From Nemertoderma westbladi (taxonomy: Eukaryota; Animalia; Xenacoelomorpha), in NCBI GenBank assembly GCA_032718475.1, contig JAUCBJ010009060.1:1-64000 (forward strand): DNA of 64,000 nt, given 5' to 3'. The position numbers and the translations under genes were made by a program. Shown piece by piece: positions 43,484-55,400 of this stretch. Positions within the stretch are counted from its first letter, which is position 1. The number at the start of each line of letters is the position of its first letter. Below the pieces are notes generated by a model. It did no database searches. It was not told the DNA's origin and saw only the letters and a list, made by a program, of their open reading frames with translations.

Positions 43484-46400
43484 TTAAGTTGGGGAGTCCC
43501 TAGATGTTTGTTGGATTAGGGAGGTGGTCGTGGGAAGAGTATCTTGTCTCCCATAGTTTCCGGAGAGTTCTCTGTCTCTTTCCAGTAAACATAAACGTCC
43601 CACCGGGCGATTGAGCTGTTGAGTCTCAAAGACTATCCCTGGTTTCTTAAAGTTACGCCGCATTACGACGAGTTCTACTGATCGCACCAAACCATCGCTC
43701 GAGATATGAGTCTCGATGATACGTCCTGTTTGCCATCGCTTACGTGGGAGATCGGGGTCCACAATAAGCACCATGTCTCCAGCGCTGACGTTTTCTTGCT
43801 GCGCAAACCACTTAGTTCGAAGTTGTAGAGTGGGCAGGTAATGTTTCTCGAAATGGTCAGCGAAACGACGGGATAGCAACTGCATAAGTTGCCAGGTTCG
43901 ACGGCAGTACTCGTCTCCGTCTATGATCTCCGATCGTGGGAGCATGGCTACGGGTTTCTTCAGTAGAAAGTGCGCGGGTGTTAGCGCTTCCAGGGAATCA
44001 GGACTTGAAGAGACTGGCATAAGCGGTCTTTCATTGAGATAGGCGGCGATTTCCTCCATTAACGTCCGCAATAGTTCGTCGGTGAGATAAGCGCGACAAG
44101 GCACAATAAAGTGGAACGCAGTCTTCACACTCCTAATCAATCTCTCCCAACTTCCTCCCCACCAAGGGGCGTCGGCGGCGTTGAAGGTCCAGCTAGACGC
44201 TGTTATCTTTAGCTGATCGTCCACCTGTCTTTTGTTCCAGTCCTTTACGTAAGCTTGAATTTCGTTGTTGGCGCCAATGAAGTTCGTTCCCTTATCCGAT
44301 CTCATCGTGTTACTGGTTCCGAAGCGAGCAATCTGTCGTCGTAAACTCAACACGAAGCTGTTGGTGGATAGATCGTTTACCATATCGAGATGGATAGCTC
44401 TACAAGTCATACAAACGAAGATGACACACCATCTCTTGACTATAGTCCGGGCACGATATACTTCAATAGGGCCAAATAAATCCACACCGGTATTAGTAAA
44501 GGGTGGTTCATAAAAGCTTACTCTTTCCCTAGGTAATTCTGCCTCTCGCTGTGTCAAAGGCCTACTGAATGCTTTCCTACAGGGTATGCAGTTCCTAAGA
44601 ACTTGGTTCAGAGCTCTACGGGGTTTATAAAAATAGTAGCGAGTTCGAATTTCGCTCAGAACTCGTTCTCTTCCAGCATGATACAGTTTGCTATGAACAT
44701 CTACAATCATCTTGATTTGTATGTCAAGATTTCTAATGAGTATGGGAAACTTAGTGTCAAAGGATAATGGGGCGTTGGTAAGTCTACCTCCAACACGTAT
44801 TAACCCATCTATCATGGTACTAGAGAAGCGATCCCTTAAGCGCATCTGCGGATTTCTTAACAACAGGAAATACTTATCGGGATCCTCATAGCATTGTAGG
44901 AGTCTCAGCATCTGTTTGTTGGTTTCATCATGCTCCTGGTAACTGATCTTCTCCTTTAGAAACCTGTCGGATACCTTGTATTGGGGAAGATCTTTAACAA
45001 CATGGACTCGTGCAGATGTTGATGGAGCATTATCACTATTGGTCTTTGTCCCGGAGTAACGATGATGAAAACATCGTTTTAAATAGGTGACGGCTTTACA
45101 GAGCCGATTCCAGGAGCTGTAGTGACGTATCGCTCTCTGCAAGAGAGGTGAGAGTCCTTGTGCGATATCTGGTATTCCAGATTTCCAATCCTTGTCACGG
45201 ATTTCCAAGACTTCTTTAGTCGTGGCGGTGGGTTTCTGATCCAAAGCATCTTCTCCGGAAGTAAATAATACAGATAGATCAACCGCAGGTTTAAACAACT
45301 TCGATTTACTCGCTCGAGTTTTGGGTTTAACTGTCTCCGCTCCCTTGGCCTGTCTGATTTCTGCTGTTGTGAGATGGGGAGGCCATTCTTCTTCTTCTCT
45401 GTAGAGAAAGTCGGGTCCACCTAACCATTCGGGAGTATTTACCAATTCCTTTGGAGTCGCTCCTCGGGAAGCGATGTCTGCTGGATTAATCGTTCCGGGG
45501 CAATGTCTCCATTGGTCCATCGTCGTGCGACTAAGTATGATGGCTACTCTGTTGGTAACGAAGACGCTGAACTGACAGACTTCATTGGTTATATACTCTA
45601 ACACGAGTAAAGCGTCGGTCCAATAGACAGTTTTCTCTAATGGATAGTCAATCTGTTCTGTTACATTCCGGCCGATGGCTGTAGCGTATAGAGCCGCCTT
45701 TAACTCCGCTCGAGGAACTTTCAACTTATTGTTGATTAATGCCTTAGAAGTAACTAAGGCGACTTTGATTCCATCCGGAGTTTCCACTCTGAGATAGGCT
45801 ACTATACCTATTCCCATATCGCTGGCGTCTCCGAACACATGGAGTTGATAGGAATACGTAGGGAGAACATGACCAAAATATGAACGGGAAATCATAAAAT
45901 CCTCGATAGCCGGCAGAGAATCTTCCCATTTCATCCATTTCTTTAATAATTCTCCCTTAAGTGGATCGTCCCATGAGTGGTTTTCAAGCCACATTTGTTG
46001 TACCAAACTACGAGCAATCAATATAACTGGGCTAATAAATCCCAATGGATCGAAATAAGTGCTCAGTATACTTAAGCAAATCCATTTGGTTCGAACTGGA
46101 TTATCTCGCTGTTTTAGCTGGAAAAACAGGATATCTCGCTCTGTGTCCCATTTCAAGCCGAGTGTCTTGGTTTCTGGCAGATCATCTTTGATCAAATCTA
46201 GATCTTTCGCCCCTCGATCTTCCGCAGGGATCGACTCCAGAAACTCACGGGAGTTGCTGGTGAATTTCGTTAATCGAAACCCACCTCTTTTTAAGCACTC
46301 TACCGTTCCTTTAGCGACCTCAATGGCTTCCTCAACTGATGGGAGGGACTTCAGATTGTCGTCCATGTATATGTCTCTCTTGATGTTATCGATCACTTCC

Positions 46401-49400
46401 TTAGAGAAGGCCTCTCGGTTGTCCTCTGCAGTGGTACGCACTACCGAACAGGCGTTGGAAGGGCTTGAGATTATCCCAAAGGCCTGGATGGTCATCCAGT
46501 ACTCCACCGGTTTCTGGTTGAGGTCTCCTTCGGGCCACCACAGAAATCGTAGACTATCTCGATCCCTATCCAACACTTTGACTTGTAAGAACATGCCTTC
46601 TATATCGGAGGCGAAAGCAATCGAATATTGTCTCAATCTCAAAAGAATTCCCAACAAAGATTGAAGTAAGTTGGGTCCGGGTAACAATTCAGAGTTAAGG
46701 GATTGACCCATGTAAAGAGCGGAGCCATCAAACACTACTCTCACCTCATGTGGTTTACCGGGTTTAGGAACGTAATGGTGAGTTAAGTAATACGTTCTTT
46801 CAGTCACAGGTGTTTCTTCCGGTACTCTCTCCGCGTATCCCTTACTAATAAATTTCTCCAGCTGTGTTTGATACATTGCTTTAGCTGAAGAATTAGCCGT
46901 AAGGCGTCGATGGAGTTGCGCGATTCTTTTTTCCGCCAAGGGTCTGTTATTGATGAACTTCGGTTCTCTCTTGCGGAAAGGTAGACCGACTTCATACCTA
47001 CCTTGATCTTTGAGGAAACGTGTAGTTGTCTCTTGGATCTGCTTGGCCCTTTCCTCTTCCACCGACAAGGCTTTATCGTAGGAATTGGGCTCTACCACCT
47101 CTTGCGTAAAGAATCTTACGGCATGTTCATCTCGAGTCTTGGCATTGCAACGCTCAATGACGTCATTTAACTCGTCGTTATAAGCTTCTCGTTCAGTTGG
47201 ATAAAGAAGTTGACATAAGTTCACTTGGTTTTGCCAAGCCTCGTTTTCCTTAAGGAGATCGATGGTATTCTCCTCATCAAAAAGCTGGTGAATGTCGTCG
47301 TTATCTGAGGAGTATGGGGTTCCCTCAGTTAAATCGTCTCCCTCACTAGTATCATCTTCCCATTCACTCACCTGGCAGACGCTCTCTTGCGGTAGTCTTT
47401 CTCTGAGTGTTCTACGGGAAGGGCCAGTAAAGTACCAACCTACTCTAGTTCTTACCGCATAGGTCTGTAGTGGCTGCGGTTGAGCAGGCCGTTTCTCTAA
47501 TGTCTCCAGCGCCTCGTGCGCGTTTTGGCCGATGAGTATTTGCACTCCAGGATAATCAGTCTGGAATCGAGGTATCTTAAGATGTTGGATGCTCTCATCC
47601 TCGTCCCAATTATAAAGGTCTGCTTGAGTAGTAGCGAAGTTCTTTATAGCCACCATTTTCACTGACCTTATGCTATGTTCTCCTAGTTCGTCCTGGGGGG
47701 TGGACAACGCGCCTACATAATAGTCCGCTGTTACTGTAGATTTCCAAACTTGCATAATGCCTGACATATTTAGCTTGGTTCGGAACTTAGGTTGTCCAGC
47801 GAAGATATCTTCGGCTAGTTCTTTATCAATGAATGTTCCTGTGCTGCCGGAGTCCAGGAGGGCGTTGACTATATAGCTCCTTTGAGGTCCATGGACCCGT
47901 AACTGGACTACAGGAAATTCTCGGATTCCTACATTGGAAGTTGGTGCTTTCCACGATGGTTGTCGCTCAGAAGTAGTTAGAATAAAGTCGCTGTCTGTAT
48001 CCTTTTCATATGTGAGTGCTCGATACACTGCGGTATTTATCATGTAACAGGATTCGTTTTCGTCGGAGAACTCGTCCGTATAGAATCCTTCCATCTCAGA
48101 TTGATCAGTGTCGTTCACATCACTGAATTGGACATGTAGTTCGGAATCACTTACCTGATTAGGACTATTTCGATCGAATTCAGCGTGCAACAAGATATGA
48201 TGTTTCGCACCACACTTTGCACACCTTATGTCTGAGTAACAGGTTCGCCGTTGATGTCCTTGTCTGAGGCAGTTATAACACAACCGCTTGTCCCACATGA
48301 CTTCACGCCTCTCAGTTAATGATTTCTTTAGAAATTCATCACACCTATTCAAATGGTGGGTCCCGTCACACAGCGCACATTTCGGTTTGATGTTACTTAC
48401 CTTATTCTGAGTCACATTGTGTACACTTGCCTTTTCTTCGGGCTTTCTCACCTGAATTCTCTTGGGAGACGTAGGAGGAGTTTTTCTTACCTGTTCTCTC
48501 CTGTCATTTGTTCGAGACTTGAATTTACTTACCTGATCTTTAGGCATTTTATTTACGTAATAAGATCTCTCAGTGTCCTTCCCGCTATCTTCTCCTGGAG
48601 AAGTCTGGCTTTCGCCGTCGTCTGTATAACACACTGGTGTTACCTTTCTCCTAGAGACGGGTTTTTCACTTACCTTGTTTTCCGGTGTCTTCTCTCTGGA
48701 CAGTTTCAGGAGCTGTAATTTCACTTCTCCATCTAGGAATGACATGAGATCAGCCATGGTAGGGTCTCGTCGTTGTTGTTCCATCATATATAACACTTTC
48801 TTATCCCAGCGTGTACCTACTCCACCCTTCGGCAAAGTAGAAGCCACTGCTCTAATAACCATAGTGTTCTGATACTCATGAGACTTACCTAGCCAATCTA
48901 ATTGTCTGCAGATCTCCTGGATCTCATCAGAAAACTCGATAATCCCGCTGCTAATAAACTTTCGGGGCGCTACCAACTTTGCATACAAATACCCAGCGAT
49001 GTTATTCCTATTACCATACCTGATGTTTAGTGTATCCCAAACTTGTCTTAATCCGTCTGGATGTCCAATAAACTTTAACGCCATTAACTTGGGAGATCCT
49101 TCCAAGCACTCGATGAGGTATCTAAGTTTTTCTCCATTAGATAGTACAGAGTTCTGTATGTTATCTTTGTAATATTCATTAAAAGGTAACCATTTCATCT
49201 CATCTCCATTGAACTTGACGATCTCTCCCACCTTTACCGCTTGCCGGGCTTCGGTTCTAGCCATTTGACGCGTAAAACTTTCTTGGGCCATCGTGTTATT
49301 TAATATCGAGTTATCGGTATATAAATTTCTCGGATTATGATCAGGTCTATAGGGAATGTCATTATCAACAGGTCTATAATTACCCTTAATAGGGTTCACT

Positions 49401-51604
49401 ATAGGAGTTTCTACTTCGCTAGCAGTATAGATGCGTGTAGGCTCCACACCTTGCGCATGAGATACTTCAGACCTAACAGGTTGACACATTGTTACAGAGG
49501 GTGGTGGTATACCCTTTTGGGTATTTACTAATTTATCGCGTTCTAGCGCGATACTTTGCTGCACTTCTTGCAACTCTAGCCTACTTTCCCTTACTGTGCC
49601 CTTGAATTGCTGAACAGTCTCCTGCATTTGTCCGAGCAGGAGATCCATCCCCCGCCGTCTCTCGTCCACCCATTCGACCGCCGAAGCGGGAGTCGCCAAC
49701 GTTGTAGCGGGCGGACGAGGGACAACGGGCGACAAATTATGAATATTTCGCTCGGAGTCTAGGACCTGAACTGTTTCCTGGGCAGTTCTGCTGGGCACAG
49801 GTAGCTTAGTGCTATGCAGAGGGAATTTGGAGGTAGCTTCAGGGAGCACAGGTGTGTCTATCACCGAAGGGGTGATTTCAAGAACAGGCCTAATTATTTC
49901 AGGCTCATCTACTATAGTAGGGAGTCTTTCTATTTTAATTATTTGGTCTGTGGGCTCTGTACTACCTAAGTTGGTGTTATTTAGTTGCCTTCTAACAGCT
50001 GGAGGCAAATCAGGCAATTTCTGACGGTGGAATGTTCTTTTACGTCTGCTTAGACGAGATCTATTTCCTTTGCCTTCAGTATCGGTGGTATCGCCTTCTT
50101 CAGATGATGTATATCCCTGTCTTTTGGGAGTAGATCGATTCATCATCTGCATATTACTAGCTGTTAACTGTTTATTTATGCAGTCTTGATTCTCCTGAAT
50201 GTTTTCCAATTCTAATTGGGTGATTTCTTCCGCCGCTCTACGTTCTGCTTCTGCCACTGCCATTTCCGCTTTTCTTTTCATTTCGGCTGCTTTTCTTTTC
50301 GCTTCTGCCTCTGCCGCTGCCGCCTTTGCTTCTGCTGCTGTCGCTGCCGCTTTTCTTTCCATCTCGGCTGCTTTACTTTCCTCTTCGGCTGCTTTCCTTT
50401 CTGCTTCGGCAGCTGCTACTGCTGCTTTCTTTCTGTCTTCTATACGTTTTTTCTTTACTTCTTCTTCTTGGACTCGTGTCAGGCGGAGTTGTTCATCAAA
50501 TTTAGCCTGATTCGCAGCCCTCATTTCCACATCGATGGCATCCAACACACGCTGAGTTCCTTCGCTATTAGGGCTAAGTCCATCTAACCTTCTCCTCAAC
50601 TCATCATCACCTAAAAAACGTTGATAGTCTGACAGATAGATGTCAATGGCATCCCTCTTATGCGGCTTCTCTGCCGTCGCCTCACTTTCCACTTGGGAAA
50701 AAGTAGCGTCTGTGGATTCTCCATGGGTTGAGCGCTCCTCCAGCTGAGCTTTCCACTGAGCTGTTCCTTGAACTTGGCGACTCACCCATTGAAACCAAGT
50801 CTTTACGGCAACTTGCAACGACGTGTCTTGTCTTCTTTTAGAAGCCTCTTCAAAGGCTGATAATATTAACCTTATTCGCAGAATTCTTTCTCTTACTTGA
50901 TAAAGCAGCTTTCCCTGCTCTTGAGGTCCCTGAGGTGGTTGCAACAGTTGTCTTTCTACTCGCTCCATAGAGCTGAAGAATCCTTGTGCGTATCCGGCTG
51001 CGGACCTCTTCCATACAGCTGGATCGATAGTTTCCCTGGCTACTCCCATCCGGTGTATGTCTTCCCAGGCAGCTTCTGATAAATCAAACGGGAGTCCGGG
51101 TCCGGGGAAGTTCCATTGCGACTCGACCATGGACTTCAGTTCTTCCCTTGTATACCCAGCATAACTATCTCTAGTTGAGCGCTGACTTCTCGCCCAATCG
51201 ATCTGGTGTTCTTCCACAGCGATCAATAACCTAGTGAGTACGGCTGCAGGAAGGATGAGAAGGGGATCCGAATAAACCTCATCCGTCATCCTTGCTCCAC
51301 GCTCGGGTGTCAGTTCTACCGTATCCTCACTACTGGAGCTATCGGGCCGCTGAGAAATAAGTTCTTGGCTCGCGGGTTGTTGCTGTTCTGCTGCTTCTTG
51401 GTCCCGCTTGACCTGAGCTCGAGTGCCTATGATAGACCTACGATGTTGGACCAGCCTAGGTTCTGTTATTACTACAGGAGGGATGACCTTCCTCACAGTG
51501 GGAGGTGAACTGAACTTACGACTAGACGGTTCTACGCCTCTATCTGAGTCGCAGATAGTTACATCTAATAAACTGTCTGACAGGTTCTGCTTAGTATCAG
51601 ACAT
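43484..51604 (-). CDS. BEL/Pao Gag-Pol polyprotein, 2706 aa, intact (Gag-PR-RT-RNase H-IN)
   Basis: Three Zn knuckles; LLDSGS; RT RVVFDGS, GPNLL, SDIEGMFLQV, YMDD; Pao-type RNase H DPLGFISP, LHVFGDAS, WTDA, NPADIASRG; integrase HHCC, GVDLFGP, SDKGTNF, GGSWERLI. Confidence 0.97.
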   Translation of the reverse strand: MSDTKQNLSDSLLDVTICDSDRGVEPSSRKFSSPPTVRKVIPPVVITEPRLVQHRRSIIGTRAQVKRDQEAAEQQQPASQELISQRPDSSSSEDTVELTPERGARMTDEVYSDPLLILPAAVLTRLLIAVEEHQIDWARSQRSTRDSYAGYTREELKSMVESQWNFPGPGLPFDLSEAAWEDIHRMGVARETIDPAVWKRSAAGYAQGFFSSMERVERQLLQPPQGPQEQGKLLYQVRERILRIRLILSAFEEASKRRQDTSLQVAVKTWFQWVSRQVQGTAQWKAQLEERSTHGESTDATFSQVESEATAEKPHKRDAIDIYLSDYQRFLGDDELRRRLDGLSPNSEGTQRVLDAIDVEMRAANQAKFDEQLRLTRVQEEEVKKKRIEDRKKAAVAAAEAERKAAEEESKAAEMERKAAATAAEAKAAAAEAEAKRKAAEMKRKAEMAVAEAERRAAEEITQLELENIQENQDCINKQLTASNMQMMNRSTPKRQGYTSSEEGDTTDTEGKGNRSRLSRRKRTFHRQKLPDLPPAVRRQLNNTNLGSTEPTDQIIKIERLPTIVDEPEIIRPVLEITPSVIDTPVLPEATSKFPLHSTKLPVPSRTAQETVQVLDSERNIHNLSPVVPRPPATTLATPASAVEWVDERRRGMDLLLGQMQETVQQFKGTVRESRLELQEVQQSIALERDKLVNTQKGIPPPSVTMCQPVRSEVSHAQGVEPTRIYTASEVETPIVNPIKGNYRPVDNDIPYRPDHNPRNLYTDNSILNNTMAQESFTRQMARTEARQAVKVGEIVKFNGDEMKWLPFNEYYKDNIQNSVLSNGEKLRYLIECLEGSPKLMALKFIGHPDGLRQVWDTLNIRYGNRNNIAGYLYAKLVAPRKFISSGIIEFSDEIQEICRQLDWLGKSHEYQNTMVIRAVASTLPKGGVGTRWDKKVLYMMEQQRRDPTMADLMSFLDGEVKLQLLKLSREKTPENKVSEKPVSRRKVTPVCYTDDGESQTSPGEDSGKDTERSYYVNKMPKDQVSKFKSRTNDRREQVRKTPPTSPKRIQVRKPEEKASVHNVTQNKVSNIKPKCALCDGTHHLNRCDEFLKKSLTERREVMWDKRLCYNCLRQGHQRRTCYSDIRCAKCGAKHHILLHAEFDRNSPNQVSDSELHVQFSDVNDTDQSEMEGFYTDEFSDENESCYMINTAVYRALTYEKDTDSDFILTTSERQPSWKAPTSNVGIREFPVVQLRVHGPQRSYIVNALLDSGSTGTFIDKELAEDIFAGQPKFRTKLNMSGIMQVWKSTVTADYYVGALSTPQDELGEHSIRSVKMVAIKNFATTQADLYNWDEDESIQHLKIPRFQTDYPGVQILIGQNAHEALETLEKRPAQPQPLQTYAVRTRVGWYFTGPSRRTLRERLPQESVCQVSEWEDDTSEGDDLTEGTPYSSDNDDIHQLFDEENTIDLLKENEAWQNQVNLCQLLYPTEREAYNDELNDVIERCNAKTRDEHAVRFFTQEVVEPNSYDKALSVEEERAKQIQETTTRFLKDQGRYEVGLPFRKREPKFINNRPLAEKRIAQLHRRLTANSSAKAMYQTQLEKFISKGYAERVPEETPVTERTYYLTHHYVPKPGKPHEVRVVFDGSALYMGQSLNSELLPGPNLLQSLLGILLRLRQYSIAFASDIEGMFLQVKVLDRDRDSLRFLWWPEGDLNQKPVEYWMTIQAFGIISSPSNACSVVRTTAEDNREAFSKEVIDNIKRDIYMDDNLKSLPSVEEAIEVAKGTVECLKRGGFRLTKFTSNSREFLESIPAEDRGAKDLDLIKDDLPETKTLGLKWDTERDILFFQLKQRDNPVRTKWICLSILSTYFDPLGFISPVILIARSLVQQMWLENHSWDDPLKGELLKKWMKWEDSLPAIEDFMISRSYFGHVLPTYSYQLHVFGDASDMGIGIVAYLRVETPDGIKVALVTSKALINNKLKVPRAELKAALYATAIGRNVTEQIDYPLEKTVYWTDALLVLEYITNEVCQFSVFVTNRVAIILSRTTMDQWRHCPGTINPADIASRGATPKELVNTPEWLGGPDFLYREEEEWPPHLTTAEIRQAKGAETVKPKTRASKSKLFKPAVDLSVLFTSGEDALDQKPTATTKEVLEIRDKDWKSGIPDIAQGLSPLLQRAIRHYSSWNRLCKAVTYLKRCFHHRYSGTKTNSDNAPSTSARVHVVKDLPQYKVSDRFLKEKISYQEHDETNKQMLRLLQCYEDPDKYFLLLRNPQMRLRDRFSSTMIDGLIRVGGRLTNAPLSFDTKFPILIRNLDIQIKMIVDVHSKLYHAGRERVLSEIRTRYYFYKPRRALNQVLRNCIPCRKAFSRPLTQREAELPRERVSFYEPPFTNTGVDLFGPIEVYRARTIVKRWCVIFVCMTCRAIHLDMVNDLSTNSFVLSLRRQIARFGTSNTMRSDKGTNFIGANNEIQAYVKDWNKRQVDDQLKITASSWTFNAADAPWWGGSWERLIRSVKTAFHFIVPCRAYLTDELLRTLMEEIAAYLNERPLMPVSSSPDSLEALTPAHFLLKKPVAMLPRSEIIDGDEYCRRTWQLMQLLSRRFADHFEKHYLPTLQLRTKWFAQQENVSAGDMVLIVDPDLPRKRWQTGRIIETHISSDGLVRSVELVVMRRNFKKPGIVFETQQLNRPVGRLCLLERDRELSGNYGRQDTLPTTTSLIQQTSRDSPT

Positions 51605-52400
51605 GTTTATGTGTACAGTTGAATGTCTACTGCTGTATTACAGTCTAAGCAAGTCTAGTAATTCAGTATTAGCTGCTAGCCTAGTAATTAATTACCGGTA
51701 CTGCTACTCAGTGTAGTAGGATATATATATAATATCTTAGAACACCGGTATGCTTATGGTATATATAACTATATAAGTATTATTACAGACTAGGTTTATC
51801 ACAGAATACCGGTATAATTTTAGCACAAATATATATAAATATATAATAGGCCTATCGGGAATACCGGTATACAGCTTACAGTTTGCAGTATATAATTCTG
51901 GACTAGAATTAATTACAAGTACCGGTATAATTTCAGCCTAAATTTATAGAAATAAAGATAATAGGCCAATCGTAAATACCGGTATATCAATTATTTTAAA
52001 TAATTGAATTTCTGAAATTTTTGGGTTACTTGGTTACTTTACTTACTTTATTACCGTTATTTGAGCAGTAGTCCAACTGATATTGAGACCTAATTGTTGT
52101 ATGGTAGGTCTACTATTTATAAATCGTGAGATTTGATTTATAATATATATATACCCGTTTTAATGGGTTTTGTCAATGTTTGAAATAAATGTTATTATTT
52201 CTGGGGAGTAATCACTACACAAAGCGGTGCGCTTTCAGTGAAGTGTTACTTATAGGACACTAAAACAAATAATGCTAATTTACCTAAGTTACTTAATACT
52301 ACAAATTACGTACAATTCGGGTGAGATTACAATCTCTAAATAAACACAAAAATTTACAAAAACACAAAATACGAATTTTCAGGGTAATTTTACAAGAAGT

Positions 52401-55400
52401 CTACAAACCAGCCACTTGAGCAATTCTTTTCTCCGCCAAGGGTCTGTTGTTTACGAGCTTTGGTTCTCGCTTTCGGAAAGGTAGACCGATCTCATATCTA
52501 CCTTGATCTTTAAGAAAACGTGTCGTTGTCTCTTGGATCTGCTTGGCTCTTTCTTCCTCTACCGATAGGGCCTTATCGTAGGAATTGGGCTCTACAGCCT
52601 CTTGAGTAAAGAATCGTACGGCATGTTCATCTCGAGTCTTGGCATTGCAACGCTCAATGACGTCATTTAACTCGTCGTTATAAGCTTCTCGTTCAGTTGG
52701 ATAAAGAAGTTGACATAAGTTCACTTGGTTTTGCCAAGCCTCGTTTTCCTTAAGGAGATCGATGGTATTCTCCTCATCAAAAAGCTGGTGAATGTCGTCG
52801 TTATCTGAGGAGTATGGGGTTCCCTCAGTTAAATCGTCTCCCTCACTAGTATCATCTTCCCATTCACTCACCTGGCAGACGCTCTCTTGCGGTAGTCTTT
52901 CTCTGAGTGTTCTACGGGAAGGGCCAGTAAAGTACCAACCTACTCTAGTTCTTACCGCATAGGTCTGTAGTGGCTGCGGTTGAGCAGGCCGTTTCTCTAA
53001 TGTCTCCAGCGCCTCGTGCGCGTTTTGGCCGATGAGTATTTGCACTCCAGGATAATCAGTCTGGAATCGAGGTATCTTAAGATGTTGGATGCTCTCATCC
53101 TCGTCCCAATTATAAAGGTCTGCTTGAGTAGTAGCGAAGTTCTTTATAGCCACCATTTTCACTGACCTTATGCTATGTTCTCCTAGTTCGTCCTGGGGGG
53201 TGGACAACGCGCCTACATAATAGTCCGCTGTTACTGTAGATTTCCAAACTTGCATAATGCCTGACATATTTAGCTTGGTTCGGAACTTAGGTTGTCCAGC
53301 GAAGATATCTTCGGCTAGTTCTTTATCAATGAATGTTCCTGTGCTGCCGGAGTCCAGGAGGGCGTTGACTATATAGCTCCTTTGAGGTCCATGGACCCGT
53401 AACTGGACTACAGGAAATTCTCGGATTCCTACATTGGAAGTTGGTGCTTTCCACGATGGTTGTCGCTCAGAAGTAGTTAGAATAAAGTCGCTGTCTGTAT
53501 CCTTTTCATATGTGAGTGCTCGATACACTGCGGTATTTATCATGTAACAGGATTCGTTTTCGTCGGAGAACTCGTCCGTATAGAATCCTTCCATCTCAGA
53601 TTGATCAGTGTCGTTCACATCACTGAATTGGACATGTAGTTCGGAATCACTTACCTGATTAGGACTATTTCGATCGAATTCAGCGTGCAACAAGATATGA
53701 TGTTTCGCACCACACTTTGCACACCTTATGTCTGAGTAACAGGTTCGCCGTTGATGTCCTTGTCTGAGGCAGTTATAACACAACCGCTTGTCCCACATGA
53801 CTTCACGCCTCTCAGTTAATGATTTCTTTAGAAATTCATCACACCTATTCAAATGGTGGGTCCCGTCACACAGCGCACATTTCGGTTTGATGTTACTTAC
53901 CTTATTCTGAGTCACATTGTGTACACTTGCCTTTTCTTCGGGCTTTCTCACCTGAATTCTCTTGGGAGACGTAGGAGGAGTTTTTCTTACCTGTTCTCTC
54001 CTGTCATTTGTTCGAGACTTGAATTTACTTACCTGATCTTTAGGCATTTTATTTACGTAATAAGATCTCTCAGTGTCCTTCCCGCTATCTTCTCCTGGAG
54101 AAGTCTGGCTTTCGCCGTCGTCTGTATAACACACTGGTGTTACCTTTCTCCTAGAGACGGGTTTTTCACTTACCTTGTTTTCCGGTGTCTTCTCTCTGGA
54201 CAGTTTCAGGAGCTGTAATTTCACTTCTCCATCTAGGAATGACATGAGATCAGCCATGGTAGGGTCTCGTCGTTGTTGTTCCATCATATATAACACTTTC
54301 TTATCCCAGCGTGTACCTACTCCACCCGTCGGCAAAGTAGAAGCCACTGCTCTAATAACCATAGTGTTCTGATACTCATGAGACTTACCTAGCCAATCTA
54401 ATTGTCTGCAGATCTCCTGGATCTCATCAGAAAACTCGATAATCCCGCTGCTAATAAACTTTCGGGGCGCTACCAACTTTGCATACAAATACCCAGCGAT
54501 GTTATTCCTATTACCATACCTGATGTTTAGTGTATCCCAAACTTGTCTTAATCCGTCTGGATGTCCAATAAACTTTAACGCCATTAACTTGGGAGATCCT
54601 TCCAAGCACTCGATGAGGTATCTAAGTTTTTCTCCATTAGATAGTACAGAGTTCTGTATGTTATCTTTGTAATATTCATTAAAAGGTAACCATTTCATCT
54701 CATCTCCATTGAACTTGACGATCTCTCCCACCTTTACCGCTTGCCGGGCTTCGGTTCTAGCCATTTGACGCGTAAAACTTTCTTGGGCCATCGTGTTATT
54801 TAATATCGAGTTATCGGTATATAAATTTCTCGGATTATGATCAGGTCTATAGGGAATGTCATTATCAACAGGTCTATAATTACCCTTAATAGGGTTCACT
54901 ATAGGAGTTTCTACTTCGCTAGCAGTATAGATGCGTGTAGGCTCCACACCTTGCGCATGAGATACTTCAGACCTAACAGGTTGACACATTGTTACAGAGG
55001 GTGGTGGTATACCCTTTTGGGTATTTACTAATTTATCGCGTTCTAGCGCGATACTTTGCTGCACTTCTTGCAACTCTAGCCTACTTTCCCTTACTGTGCC
55101 CTTGAATTGCTGAACAGTCTCCTGCATTTGTCCGAGCAGGAGATCCATCCCCCGCCGTCTCTCGTCCACCCATTCGACCGCCGAAGCGGGAGTCGCCAAC
55201 GTTGTAGCGGGCGGACGAGGGACAACGGACGACAAATTATGAATATTTCGCTCGGAGTCTAGGACCTGAACTGTTTCCTGGGCAGTTCTGCTGGGCACAG
55301 GTAGCTTAGTGCTATGCAGAGGGAATTTGGAGGTAGCTTCAGGGAGCACAGGTGTGTCTATCACCGAAGGGGTGATTTCAAGAACAGGCCTAATTATTTC

